From contig JAKQEQ010000084.1 in NCBI GenBank assembly GCA_029556545.1, forward strand, positions 305-64,304: DNA of 64,000 nucleotides, written 5' to 3'. Of this stretch, positions 1-9,442 are shown in pieces. The position numbers were made by a program, and so were the translations under genes. Source of the stretch: Candidatus Hydrogenedentota bacterium. Its GTDB lineage: Bacteria > Hydrogenedentota > Hydrogenedentia > Hydrogenedentales > JAGMZX01. Under the pieces are notes generated by a model. The model was given only the letters and a program-made list of their open reading frames with translations. It did not search any database and was not told the origin of the DNA. The first letter of the stretch is position 1; each line of letters begins with the position of its first letter.

Positions 1-35
1 CACATTCCACATTCCGCATTCCGCATTCCGCATTC
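1..35. repeat. Heptanucleotide tandem repeat (CACATTC x2, CGCATTC x3), cut by the window edge
   Basis: Read directly: 1-7 cacattc, 8-14 cacattc, 15-21 cgcattc, 22-28 cgcattc, 29-35 cgcattc, then a C-rich/T5 tract. The array ends about 20 bp upstream of the -35 box at 56-61. Confidence 0.9.
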
Positions 36-55
36 CCCTCCCCCTTTTTGCGATA

Positions 56-84
56 TTGACAGCATCACCGCCTCGTGCTAGTAT
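56..84 (+). promoter_or_regulatory. Candidate sigma70-type promoter with extended -10 (TTGACA-N17-TAGTAT)
   Basis: TTGACA at 56-61, 17-nt spacer, TAGTAT at 79-84, with TG at 76-77 (TGn extended -10). It faces the giant gene that starts at 336. Confidence 0.5.
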
Positions 85-335
85 CAATTCGAGCAGTAGG
101 GAAGACTCCGAGGCAGACCCATTGTCACCTTGACGAATGCGGTCAGGGCATCCAGCCGCGGCAGTGGCGCTTGCCGCGATTAAAGAGGCAACGCACGAGG
201 CGTGGGGGGTGAAGGCGTGATTCCCGCCGGCGCAGCCCGCCCAACGGGGGCTCGGTCGGCGATTGTCAGGTGTATGAGCGTTATGGTCCCGGGGCCAAAA
301 ACCATGTTCCGCTTATGGCGATAGAGGGTACCCCT

Positions 336-1478
336 ATGCGACTCCTTTGCACTCCTTCCCCCATCATTTCCCGCTTCTCGTACTGCGTTTACCTCACACT
401 CTTCCTCACAGTGTTCGGCGTCTTGCCCGCCCAAGCCGCCCAGATTACCGGTGTCACCATTCACAGCTTCTCCAGCGAACTCCCCGGCGCCGTTCAGCCC
501 TGCTGCAACCGCCGCGCAAGCTACCTCCTTACCGACCTCGGCCTCAACGTCAACGGCCCCGGCACCATGACCACCGCGCCCGACCCCCCGGGCGACCAAT
601 CCCAACCCGGATACATGTGGCTCAGCGACCAGAATCTCGACATCGCGTCTCAATACGTCACCTTCGACCTCGGGGCCGTCTACGACCTCGACGGGACCCG
701 TATCTGGAACTACAACGAGGTCAATCTGCTCATCCGCGGCGTCTACGAACTGCGAATTCTTGTCTCGAAGGACAACGTCACCTATCGCGACATCGGAACC
801 TACACCCTCGCCATGGCCCCGAGCCCCGCGAGCGCCTACCGCGATTTCTCCCAATACGTCCCCCTACTCGCCTCCGATGTCCGATACGTCACCTTCGATG
901 TCCGCTCCAGTTGGGGCGATACGATCCACGTCGGCCTCAGCAAGGTCCGTTTCTACTCCGCGCCCAAGGCCACGGCCCCTGTCACCTCCGGCCTCATCAT
1001 GCACCTCGACGCCGCCGACGCCAACGCCGACGGCAGCATCGCGACCGAGCCGGCCAACGGTTCGGTGCTCTCGACCTGGGCCGACAAGAGCGGCCTCGGC
1101 AACCACGCCACCCTCCTCGGCGGCGCGCCCACCTACCTGAAGGGGCGCGTGCACGGTCATCCCGCGGTCCGTTTCGACGGCGACGACGCCTATAACCTGC
1201 CCAACTTCGCCGGCCTCACCGCCGGCGAAATCTACATCGTGGTCCGCACCGACATGTACCCGCCGGATGCATCCGTGCGCACCGGCTTATGGGACGCCGG
1301 AGCATGGCTCACGTTGCGTTGTCAATTAGCCGCCGGATGCATCCGTGCGCACCGGCTTATGGGACCTCGGCACGGCCTCAGCCCAGACGCACTACTCCTG
1401 GTACGCAAACGACCTTATCTACGACGCTTTCGGAACCAACGTCCGAAACGACCTCATCGAACCCAAATATCCCCTTGA
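336..1478 (+). CDS. Giant surface protein, N-terminal fragment: signal peptide, discoidin (F5/8 type C)-like domain and start of the first LamG-like module; frame is broken after 1295
   Basis: ORF track 270..1478. The internal ATG at 336 follows AGAGGG and begins MRLLCTPSPIISRFSYCVYLTLFLTVFGVLPAQA (signal peptide). After ...VRTGLWD the translation turns into low-complexity junk (AGAWLTLRCQLAAGCIRAHRLMGPRHG...) and stops at 1478. Confidence 0.7.
   Translation: MRLLCTPSPIISRFSYCVYLTLFLTVFGVLPAQAAQITGVTIHSFSSELPGAVQPCCNRRASYLLTDLGLNVNGPGTMTTAPDPPGDQSQPGYMWLSDQNLDIASQYVTFDLGAVYDLDGTRIWNYNEVNLLIRGVYELRILVSKDNVTYRDIGTYTLAMAPSPASAYRDFSQYVPLLASDVRYVTFDVRSSWGDTIHVGLSKVRFYSAPKATAPVTSGLIMHLDAADANADGSIATEPANGSVLSTWADKSGLGNHATLLGGAPTYLKGRVHGHPAVRFDGDDAYNLPNFAGLTAGEIYIVVRTDMYPPDASVRTGLWDAGAWLTLRCQLAAGCIRAHRLMGPRHGLSPDALLLVRKRPYLRRFRNQRPKRPHRTQISP
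1260..1365. repeat. Perfect 36-bp direct repeat (1260-1295 and 1330-1365) flanking a 34-bp unique spacer, inside the giant gene
   Basis: ccgccggatgcatccgtgcgcaccggcttatgggac occurs twice. The spacer at 1296-1329 is gccggagcatggctcacgttgcgttgtcaattag. The 70-nt offset is not a multiple of 3. Confidence 0.95.
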
Positions 1479-4400
1479 CCAATGGAACGTCTACAATGCG
1501 CGGTCCGCGCCGGGCGCGTGGAACTGCTGGCTTAATGGCCTATCGTTGTATAGCCGCGCCACGAATACGGTGGCCTTCTCCCCAGCGCCCGTCCTCGGGC
1601 GCAGCTTCGGCGGCGTCTTCCTCGTGGGCGACATCGCCGAAGTGGTGATGTACAACCGAAGCCTCAGCGCCGCGGAACGCGCCCAGGTAACCGAGTACCT
1701 CCAGCGTAAGTACAGGCTTCGCGACAATTACAACGACCGCACGAACGCGCCGCCCGAACTCCAAGGCATAAGGATTCATCTCGATGCGAAGACGATGGGC
1801 CAATACGGCAACGGCGCGGTAGTGCCTCGGTGGCAGGACCGCTCCGGGAACGCCTATCGCGGCACGGCCATCAACGACCCGAGGTGGGCCCAGTTGAGCA
1901 TGGGCGGCAACGCCGCCATGCGCTTCAACGGCAACAGCGAGTACCAACTTGGCAATCTCGCGGGCGCGTTTCCCACGGGGGCCACGGTATTCGTGGTCAC
2001 CTCGTTCAACGATGCGGCCTACAACCTTTTCGACACGTTGAACAATGACCCGTGGTGGCGCTGGAACGGAAACGGAAACTCGTACATGGGCGTCTTCCGC
2101 AATCCCCGCCTGGAGAGTTACGTCGCCATGCCGGCCTCCGGCCAGTATGTGTATGCGGTCGAGAGCACCCCGGCGTTTTGGCAAATGTATCAGGACAATG
2201 TGGCGCGCGGCAGCGTCGGCGCGGCCTATCATGCCGGCAACGACTATCGCGTCAGCGGGGCCTATGGAGCAGCGGCAAAGTACCTTAGCGGCGATATTGC
2301 CGAAGTGATCGTGTATGACCGCGCCCTTTCCGCCGAGAAACAGGGGCAGGTGGGCGCGTATCTCCGCGAGAAATACCGGGTGAATACGACGCACTCGGAT
2401 GTGCCCGTAACGCGGAATCGGGTTTTCCATATTGCCGCGGACGCCATTCCCGACGCGGTCGACGGCGGCGTAATCGGCGCGTGGCCCGATATCTCCGGCA
2501 GCGGCTACAACCTCGCACAGGTCGTCGGCAACCCCACGTATCATCACAACCGCGTCAACGGCAAGCCCGTCGTGCGGCTGGACGGCGGCTCCGACGGCAG
2601 CGGCGACTCCCTGCGTTTCAACGCTCCCACCAACCAGCAGATGACCATATTCGCCGTCGCGCGGGGAACAAGCTATCACTCCCTGGTCCGTTGGCAGCCC
2701 GGCAACTGGCTGGTCTATCCCTGGGCCAACGGCGACCTCATCCAGACACAGAACGGCAGCACGGGCGGCGGGATCAACGCCGGCTACGTCGTCGACGAGT
2801 GGAACGTGGGGACGGCAGTGATCGCGACGGGCGTCACGAACGGGACGCGCACCTATCGTAACGGTCAGCTTCGCGGCCAGATGACCTATAGCGTGGGCTG
2901 GGACACGCTCACGCCGGTCTGGATCGGCAGTTACCTCGGCAGCAGCGAATGGTCCGCCGCGGACATCGCGGAGATTATCATCTATCATCGGGCCCTCAGC
3001 GACACGGAGCGGCGGCTGGTCGAGCGCTACCTCATGAAGAAGTACGGCCTCGACGGCGCGGGTCCCGGCGGGCTGCACACCGCGGACCTCGAAGTCTGGC
3101 TGCGCGCCGACAAGGACGTGAAGACCGACGCGAGCGGCTTCGTCAACGAATGGGGCGACCAGAGCGGGTTCAATCGATACATATATCAAAGTACCTTGTC
3201 CCAACGACCGGATTGGATACCTGGTGTCGTGAACAGCCTGTCCGTCGTGCGGTTCAACCCCAACAGCGGCGAACCGAGCACGGTCGAGTATCTCAATTCC
3301 GATACGTATTGGCCGAGCGGCACTTTGGGCGCAAGTGTCTTTGTCACTGCCAAGAGCAACGTCAACGACACCTTCGGCTACCAATCTATCGTGCGGTATC
3401 AGTCGGCCTATTGGTTGATCTATCCCTGGTACAACAGCTTCATTATCAATCCCGACAGCGGCACTTCGGGAGTGCCAACCGGCCTGGACCCGCTGATTTG
3501 GAACATCGGTGAGGGACTCTATCGAGCGAACACGACCAACGGGTTTCAGACCTTCAAGAACAGCGCGCTGGTAAGTCAGAAGACCAGCGCCGACATTCAA
3601 TTGCAGTCGGCGCATCTGTTGATCGGCGCCTGTTGCGACGCCGGTGCGGTAAACGGGGAATCCCCCAATGCCGACGTGGGCGAGATCGTCGTGTACAGCT
3701 CCCGGGTCAACGAAGCGAAGCGCATACTGGTCGAAAACTACCTCAGCGCCCGCTTCAATAAGCCGCTGGCCGCCAACGACGTCTATATCGGCGACGAGCC
3801 CGCCCAAGGCAACTACGACTGGGCCGTGGCGGGTATCGGCCGTCTGGGCAACCCAGTGGACTTCGGCGACGGCCCGAACCCGTTCGGGGCGGGCGTAAAC
3901 CTGATCGGGCGGTCCGAGGGGCTCATCATCGAGGAATCGAGCTTCCTCCAGGACAGCGGGGATTTCCTCGTGGCGGGGCACAACGGCCTGCCCAACCAAC
4001 TCACGAACGCCGATCTCGTCGGCACGGGCGCGCAGAACCGTTGGAGCCGCATCTGGTACGTCCAGAAGTCGGACGTGAACGGCAACGGCGGGCAGGTCCT
4101 CCTGCATTTCAATTACACCGAGGGCCAAGTCGCGGGCGCGCAGAGCGGCGACATGCTGCTGCTGCGCCGCGCGGGGACGTCGGGCAATTTCACGACCATC
4201 GCCACGTCGTCCGCGCCCTTCGGCGATCAGTATACCTTCACCCTTAACACAGCCTCCTTGGCCAACGGCTATTTCACCGTCGCGGAACGCGACACCATCC
4301 CGCCGGTCATCACACTGGTCGGCGGCGACATGGTCATCGAGTGCGGCGGCGGCTACGCCGATCCCGGCTACTCCGCCACCGACAACTCGGACGGCGACAT

Positions 4401-7400
4401 CACGGCAAATGTCGTGGTTTCCGGCGCGGCAGTCAACCCGAACGTCCGAGGCACGTACGTGGTGCGGTACAACGTCTCCGACACGGCAGGCAACGCCGCC
4501 GTCGAGCGCACCCGCACCGTAACCGTCGTCGATACGACGAACCCGGTGATTACTCTGCTAGGCAGCAACCCCGCGTTCGCGGAATGCAGCGTCCCTTACA
4601 ATGACGCCGGCGCAACCGCGTCCGACACGTGCGCAGGCGACCTGAGCAGCGCGATATTGGTCTCGGGCCTGCCCATCAACACAAGCGCCACCGGGTCTCA
4701 CACCGTCACCTACAACGTCACAGACCCGGCGGGGAACGTTGCCACGCCCGTAACCCGCTCGGTCAACGTGGTAGACACCACGCCGCCGGTCCTTACCGTC
4801 TACGGCGGCGACATGCTGCTCGAATGCGGCGTCGACACCTTCACCGACCCCGGCGCCGACGCCGTTGACGCCTGCGTGGGTCCCGTCCCCGTGATGGTCG
4901 GCGGCGCCGTCGTGGATGTGAACAACACCGGCGTCTATGTCATCACGTACAACGCGACCGACGGCGTCAACCCCGCGCCGCAGCAAACCCGGACCGTCAC
5001 CGTATCCGACACGCGCGGCCCCGTCATCACGCTTAACGGTTCCGCCAACATGACCGTCTTGCGCTTCACGTCCTTCGTCGATCCCGGCGCCGTGGCCATC
5101 GACGACTGCGAAGGCGACGTTTCCGGTTCCCTGATCGTGACCGGGACCGTCGACACCAGCGTCCTCGGGCCCCATGTGCTCACCTACAATGCGAGCGACG
5201 GCGGCGGCCGCCCCGCCGCGCCCATTACGCGCACCGTCACCGTCGTCGCGGGCAATGCGCCGGTGATCACGCTCATCGGCGACCCGGTGGTCACCATCGA
5301 GTGCGGCAGCGGCCCATACACCGACGCGGGCGCCACCGCTACCGACGTGGAAGACGACGACGCACTGCTGACCGCCGCCATTGTCGTCGGCGGGCTGCCC
5401 ATCGACACCAACGCGCCCGGAACCTACACCGTCACCTACAACGTCACCGACTCCAACGGCAACCCCGCCACCGAAGTCACCCGCACCGTCATTGTCGAGG
5501 ATACGCAACCGCCGCAACTCGCCCTCATCGGCAACCCCATCGAAACCGTCGCCTGCGGCGGCATCTATAATGACGCGGGCGCCACAGCGACCGACACCTG
5601 CGACGACGACGTGCTCCTCACGAGTCAGATTCAGGTCACCGGCCTGCCTGTCGACACCGGCAACCCTGGCAGCTACACCATTACCTACCGCGTTTCCGAC
5701 GGCTCGGGCAACCAGGCCGCGCCCATAACCCGCACCGTCAACGTGGTCGACGTCATCCCGCCCATTATCACCCTGCTCGGCAATCCTTACGAAATAGTTC
5801 CCTGCGGCGGACTCTACACCGACGCCGGGGCGATTGCGAGCGATGTCTGTGACGACGACGCAGCCCTCACCAGCAGCATCGTCGTCACCGGTCTCCCCAT
5901 CGACACCGGCGTTCCGGGCGTCTACACCGTCACCTACAACGTCTCCGACGTTTCGGGCAACCCCGCGATACCCGTGTCGCGCACGGTCGAGGTGGCCGAC
6001 AACGAACCGCCCGTTATCACCCTTAACGGCCCCCCCGTCGTCCAGGTCATCGTCAACGGGACCTACACCGAACTCGGCGCATCCGCCCTCGACGCCTGTG
6101 AAGGCGACCTCCCCGTCATTATCGGCGGTCCCATCGTCAACACCGTGCTTCCGGGCACCTATATCGTAACGTATAACGCCATGGATTCCTCAGGCAACGC
6201 CGCCATCGAGGTCACGCGCGAAGTTGTCGTGACCGCGGGCGCGGCCCCGTATATCGTCGAGCACCCCCTCGACGCCACCGCCGCCTATGGCGACCCCGCG
6301 CAATTCTTCGTCAGGGCCATCGGCCTGGACGTGCTCACCTACCGCTGGCTCCGCGACGGCGTGCCCCTCGCCAACGACGCCAAGCACCAAGGCGTCTTCA
6401 CCGACACGCTCAGCGTGCTCGCCGCCGAGAACGCCGACGAGGCCGCCTACCGATGCCGCGTCACCAGCGCCGGCGCGTCGACCGACTCCCTCGCCGCATG
6501 GCTCACCGTCAACGACCCCGGCATCCTCGTCCATCCCGTCGGCATAGCCGTGGCGCCCGGCGCCACCGCCCAATTCACCGTCACCGCCGCCGGCAGCGGA
6601 GCGCTCACCTATGCGTGGTACTTCAGAAACACGCCGCTGACCAACGGCGGCAACATCTCCGGCGCCGACACCCCAACCCTCACCATTGCCAACGCCCAGA
6701 GAAGCGTGGACGACGGCGAATACTACGTCGTCGTCTCCGGCGCGGACGGCCCCATCGAGTCCGAACGGGCGACACTGACAGTGGGCAACCCCATCGTGGT
6801 GAAACACCCCGAGTCCGTCGTCGCGCCGCGTAACAGTAACGTTACCTTCCAGATCGAGGCCGTGGGTGTGCCCCCGCTCCTCTACCGCTGGCGCAAGAAC
6901 GGCGTCAACCTCGTCAACGGCGGTCGCGTCTCCGGCGTCGATACGCCCACGTTGTTGATTACCGGCGTGCTCGAAGCGGACGAGGCCGACTACTCCTGCC
7001 GCGTCGTCGGCCAGAACATCGTCGAGTCCAACCCCGCCTCCCTCACCGTCCTCGGGCCGCCCATCATCGCGGGCGTGCGGCAACTGCCCGAGAACGGCAT
7101 CGTGCCCGTACAGGGACCGGCGGCCATCACCGTCCTCGTCTCCGGAGGCGCGGAACCCTTCTCCTACCAGTGGCGCAAAGATGGTCAGCCCCTCGCCAAC
7201 ACCGGCCGTATCACCGGGGCCACCGCGGCCACGCTGAACATCGCCACCGCCGTCCGCGAAGACGCCGGACTCTACGACTGCGTCGTCACCAACCCCGTCG
7301 ACAGCACGGTGTCGCCCGCCGTCCGATTCCGCATCGGGCTGACCTTCACCCGCAACCTCCTGCCCCGCACCATCGAGGAGACAGATCGTCTTGATTGGGA

Positions 7401-7740
7401 AGTCCACGTGAACGGTGCGTTCGGCGACTTCGGGTTCCAGTGGTTCCGCGAGCAACCCGGAGACAAGGCCCTCGTGCCCCTCGTCGATGGCGGCGCCATC
7501 TCCGGAACCACAACAAACACCCTTGTTATCGATCCGGTGGCCATGGACGATGCGGGAGTCTACATGGTTGTCTGTTCCGACGAACTTGAAAGTATCACCT
7601 CCGATCAGGCCCAACTGACCGTGGTCGAGCACCTGTCGGCTGTAAACCTGGTCGGCTTGCTCGTGCTGCTCGGGCTGTTCTCCGCCCTGCTCGGCGCATT
7701 TGCCTGGCGCGGCACAACACAACGGGAGAGCCGCATATAG
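1345..7740 (+). CDS. Giant surface protein, main body: 4 LamG-like modules, 8 DUF5011/HYR-like Ig modules, 5 Ig (I-set-like) modules and a C-terminal TM anchor
   Basis: ORF track 1345..7740 (2131 aa; the first codon is a GTG inside the second repeat copy). LamG-type module ends recur: GDIAEVVMYNRSLSAAERAQVTEYLQRKY, GDIAEVIVYDRALSAEKQGQVGAYLREKY, ADIAEIIIYHRALSDTERRLVERYLMKKY. The repeated pattern PVITL.G...ECG..Y.D.GATA.D.CD.D....V.V.GLP.DT...G.Y.VTYNV.D..GN.A...TR.V.V.D is present. The C-terminus NLVGLLVLLGLFSALLGAFAW is hydrophobic. It is in frame with 336..1295 once 70 nt are removed. Confidence 0.85.
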   Translation: MRTGLWDLGTASAQTHYSWYANDLIYDAFGTNVRNDLIEPKYPLDQWNVYNARSAPGAWNCWLNGLSLYSRATNTVAFSPAPVLGRSFGGVFLVGDIAEVVMYNRSLSAAERAQVTEYLQRKYRLRDNYNDRTNAPPELQGIRIHLDAKTMGQYGNGAVVPRWQDRSGNAYRGTAINDPRWAQLSMGGNAAMRFNGNSEYQLGNLAGAFPTGATVFVVTSFNDAAYNLFDTLNNDPWWRWNGNGNSYMGVFRNPRLESYVAMPASGQYVYAVESTPAFWQMYQDNVARGSVGAAYHAGNDYRVSGAYGAAAKYLSGDIAEVIVYDRALSAEKQGQVGAYLREKYRVNTTHSDVPVTRNRVFHIAADAIPDAVDGGVIGAWPDISGSGYNLAQVVGNPTYHHNRVNGKPVVRLDGGSDGSGDSLRFNAPTNQQMTIFAVARGTSYHSLVRWQPGNWLVYPWANGDLIQTQNGSTGGGINAGYVVDEWNVGTAVIATGVTNGTRTYRNGQLRGQMTYSVGWDTLTPVWIGSYLGSSEWSAADIAEIIIYHRALSDTERRLVERYLMKKYGLDGAGPGGLHTADLEVWLRADKDVKTDASGFVNEWGDQSGFNRYIYQSTLSQRPDWIPGVVNSLSVVRFNPNSGEPSTVEYLNSDTYWPSGTLGASVFVTAKSNVNDTFGYQSIVRYQSAYWLIYPWYNSFIINPDSGTSGVPTGLDPLIWNIGEGLYRANTTNGFQTFKNSALVSQKTSADIQLQSAHLLIGACCDAGAVNGESPNADVGEIVVYSSRVNEAKRILVENYLSARFNKPLAANDVYIGDEPAQGNYDWAVAGIGRLGNPVDFGDGPNPFGAGVNLIGRSEGLIIEESSFLQDSGDFLVAGHNGLPNQLTNADLVGTGAQNRWSRIWYVQKSDVNGNGGQVLLHFNYTEGQVAGAQSGDMLLLRRAGTSGNFTTIATSSAPFGDQYTFTLNTASLANGYFTVAERDTIPPVITLVGGDMVIECGGGYADPGYSATDNSDGDITANVVVSGAAVNPNVRGTYVVRYNVSDTAGNAAVERTRTVTVVDTTNPVITLLGSNPAFAECSVPYNDAGATASDTCAGDLSSAILVSGLPINTSATGSHTVTYNVTDPAGNVATPVTRSVNVVDTTPPVLTVYGGDMLLECGVDTFTDPGADAVDACVGPVPVMVGGAVVDVNNTGVYVITYNATDGVNPAPQQTRTVTVSDTRGPVITLNGSANMTVLRFTSFVDPGAVAIDDCEGDVSGSLIVTGTVDTSVLGPHVLTYNASDGGGRPAAPITRTVTVVAGNAPVITLIGDPVVTIECGSGPYTDAGATATDVEDDDALLTAAIVVGGLPIDTNAPGTYTVTYNVTDSNGNPATEVTRTVIVEDTQPPQLALIGNPIETVACGGIYNDAGATATDTCDDDVLLTSQIQVTGLPVDTGNPGSYTITYRVSDGSGNQAAPITRTVNVVDVIPPIITLLGNPYEIVPCGGLYTDAGAIASDVCDDDAALTSSIVVTGLPIDTGVPGVYTVTYNVSDVSGNPAIPVSRTVEVADNEPPVITLNGPPVVQVIVNGTYTELGASALDACEGDLPVIIGGPIVNTVLPGTYIVTYNAMDSSGNAAIEVTREVVVTAGAAPYIVEHPLDATAAYGDPAQFFVRAIGLDVLTYRWLRDGVPLANDAKHQGVFTDTLSVLAAENADEAAYRCRVTSAGASTDSLAAWLTVNDPGILVHPVGIAVAPGATAQFTVTAAGSGALTYAWYFRNTPLTNGGNISGADTPTLTIANAQRSVDDGEYYVVVSGADGPIESERATLTVGNPIVVKHPESVVAPRNSNVTFQIEAVGVPPLLYRWRKNGVNLVNGGRVSGVDTPTLLITGVLEADEADYSCRVVGQNIVESNPASLTVLGPPIIAGVRQLPENGIVPVQGPAAITVLVSGGAEPFSYQWRKDGQPLANTGRITGATAATLNIATAVREDAGLYDCVVTNPVDSTVSPAVRFRIGLTFTRNLLPRTIEETDRLDWEVHVNGAFGDFGFQWFREQPGDKALVPLVDGGAISGTTTNTLVIDPVAMDDAGVYMVVCSDELESITSDQAQLTVVEHLSAVNLVGLLVLLGLFSALLGAFAWRGTTQRESRI
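4297..6235 (+). repeat. Eight tandem coding modules of about 80 aa (DUF5011/HYR-like Ig fold)
   Basis: Eight consecutive units each start P(V/I/Q)(I/L)TL and end TR(T/S/E)V.V.D in the translated ORF. Confidence 0.8.
6246..7630 (+). repeat. Five tandem coding modules of about 90 aa (immunoglobulin-like)
   Basis: A recurring pattern runs through the units: ...F.V.A.G...L.Y.W.(K/R).G..L.N.....G..T.TL.I......D.G.Y.C.V.......S..A.LTV. Confidence 0.7.
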
Positions 7741-7884
7741 GGTCAACGGACTACGCAGTAGCAAGTGCAAGAAGCAAGGCGCGATTGCCACGAAATGCAT
7801 GTAAGTGGTTGTCGTAGAGTAGGTTATGGGGTCTTGCCCTCGCCAAGACCATCGAGACGCAACGGGTTGGCGAGAAGAAAAGAC

Positions 7885-7913
7885 TTGACAATTTTCCTAC
7901 TTTAAGGTACATA
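7885..7913 (+). promoter_or_regulatory. Candidate promoter TTGACA-N17-TACATA
   Basis: TTGACA at 7885-7890, 17-nt spacer, TACATA at 7908-7913. It sits in an AT-richer patch of an otherwise GC-rich intergenic region. Confidence 0.4.
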
Positions 7914-7919
7914 GACTAT

Positions 7920-8322
7920 AAAGGAACCTTGATAACGGCCGAGTGTTTGGCGAAAGCCGCAGGTGCGTGTCCAGACCCCGACCGGGTGGGGAAGATGGTT
8001 GTACGTCTCGAGAGGCGAGACTGGAGGCAACACCAGAGGCGGCGGTGGGAGCATAGCGATTCGTGGCGCCCCGTTGGCAGAGGAAACTGAAGTCTGCGTG
8101 GGGTTCTTCGGGGGCTAAAGCGAAGCGGGGCCTTTAGTGTTCCGCCAAAGGAAGGCCACGCAGGAATTGTGAGGCAAGACATGCAATGGGACAACGGGCG
8201 AGGCAGGGCTGCCGCATTTTCATCGAAACCCGCTCGCGACGCATGCAAGACACTTGGAGACCGCCCGGAAGAATCCTGACTGCGAGGTAGTGACGCGCGG
8301 CTTAACCGCGTGAGCATTCATA
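7920..8322 (+). ncRNA. Candidate structured non-coding RNA or long 5' leader upstream of the DUF1559 gene; family not identified
   Basis: About 400 nt with no credible ORF on either strand. The 133-aa minus-strand ORF 7916..8317 is S/R/P/C-rich and has many A/T third positions. Local hairpins read directly: GTCTCG-AGAGG-CGAGAC (8005-8021), CTGG-N8-CCAG (8021-8036), CTAAAG-N11-CTTTAG (8115-8136), GGCA-GGGC-TGCC (8201-8212), CGCGCGG-CTTAA-CCGCGTG (8293-8311). Confidence 0.3.
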
Positions 8323-8364
8323 ATGAAAACGATGTATACTGTATTGAAGGAGGACTCAAGAGCC

Positions 8365-9342
<978 letters not shown>

Positions 9343-9376
9343 GGACAACCTGAGATAACCGCGTGTGTCTGCTTAT

Positions 9377-9414
9377 GCCGCGCCCGGACACATACCCCGG
9401 GCGCGGCTTCTTGC
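9377..9414 (+). terminator. Intrinsic-terminator-like hairpin
   Basis: GCCGCGCCCGG (9377-9387), loop acacatacc, CCGGGCGCGGC (9397-9407), followed by TTCTTGC. It lies between convergent genes. Confidence 0.7.
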
Positions 9415-9442
9415 ATTCTCCCGAACACCCGGCTCCGCACGC

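Noticed and set aside
1260-1365. The 36-bp repeat considered as the target-site duplication of a transposable element.
   Set aside because: The 34 bp between the copies are too short to be an element and show no terminal inverted repeats. A 36-bp duplication is atypically long, and no transposase is nearby. It is kept as a duplication, scar or artefact finding instead.
1540-4128. Very long antisense ORFs opposite real genes. Examples are 1540..4128(-), 6190..7800(-), 15417..16952(+), 17004..19217(+), 27718..30321(-), 32914..34815(+), 41616..44609(+, spanning three genes), 44359..46614(+), 55327..58155(+) and 58989..60932(+).
   Set aside because: Their products are R/G/A/P/D/V-rich and low in complexity, with no motifs. 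They lie in the codon-aligned antisense frame of genes with strong G/C third positions, where stops are rare. The 997-aa ORF continues across genes only because the two large genes opposite it (41691..42968 and 42996..44270) share the same phase. These are shadow ORFs.
7921-8322. Possible RNase P RNA or a known riboswitch in the long intergenic region. The partial resemblances were: a GAGGAAA...AAGUCUGCG / CGCGGCUUA pairing reminiscent of P4; GGAGACCGCC resembling a B12 box; GAGAGGCGAGACUGG...GCAAC resembling SAM-I; and UCGAGAG...ACACC resembling guanidine-I.
   Set aside because: In each case only one short element matches. The universally conserved partner elements are missing: GAGGAAAGUCC without an insertion, ACAGAA, the J11/12 module, GCCACUG, and CUAGGGUUCCG. 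Spacing is wrong, and the downstream gene does not fit those regulons. It is kept only as an unclassified candidate.
9377-9414. Terminator-like hairpins at other gene ends, for example 7830-7850 and 11672-11697.
   Set aside because: The stems are only 7 bp with no following T-tract, so they are too weak to annotate as terminators.
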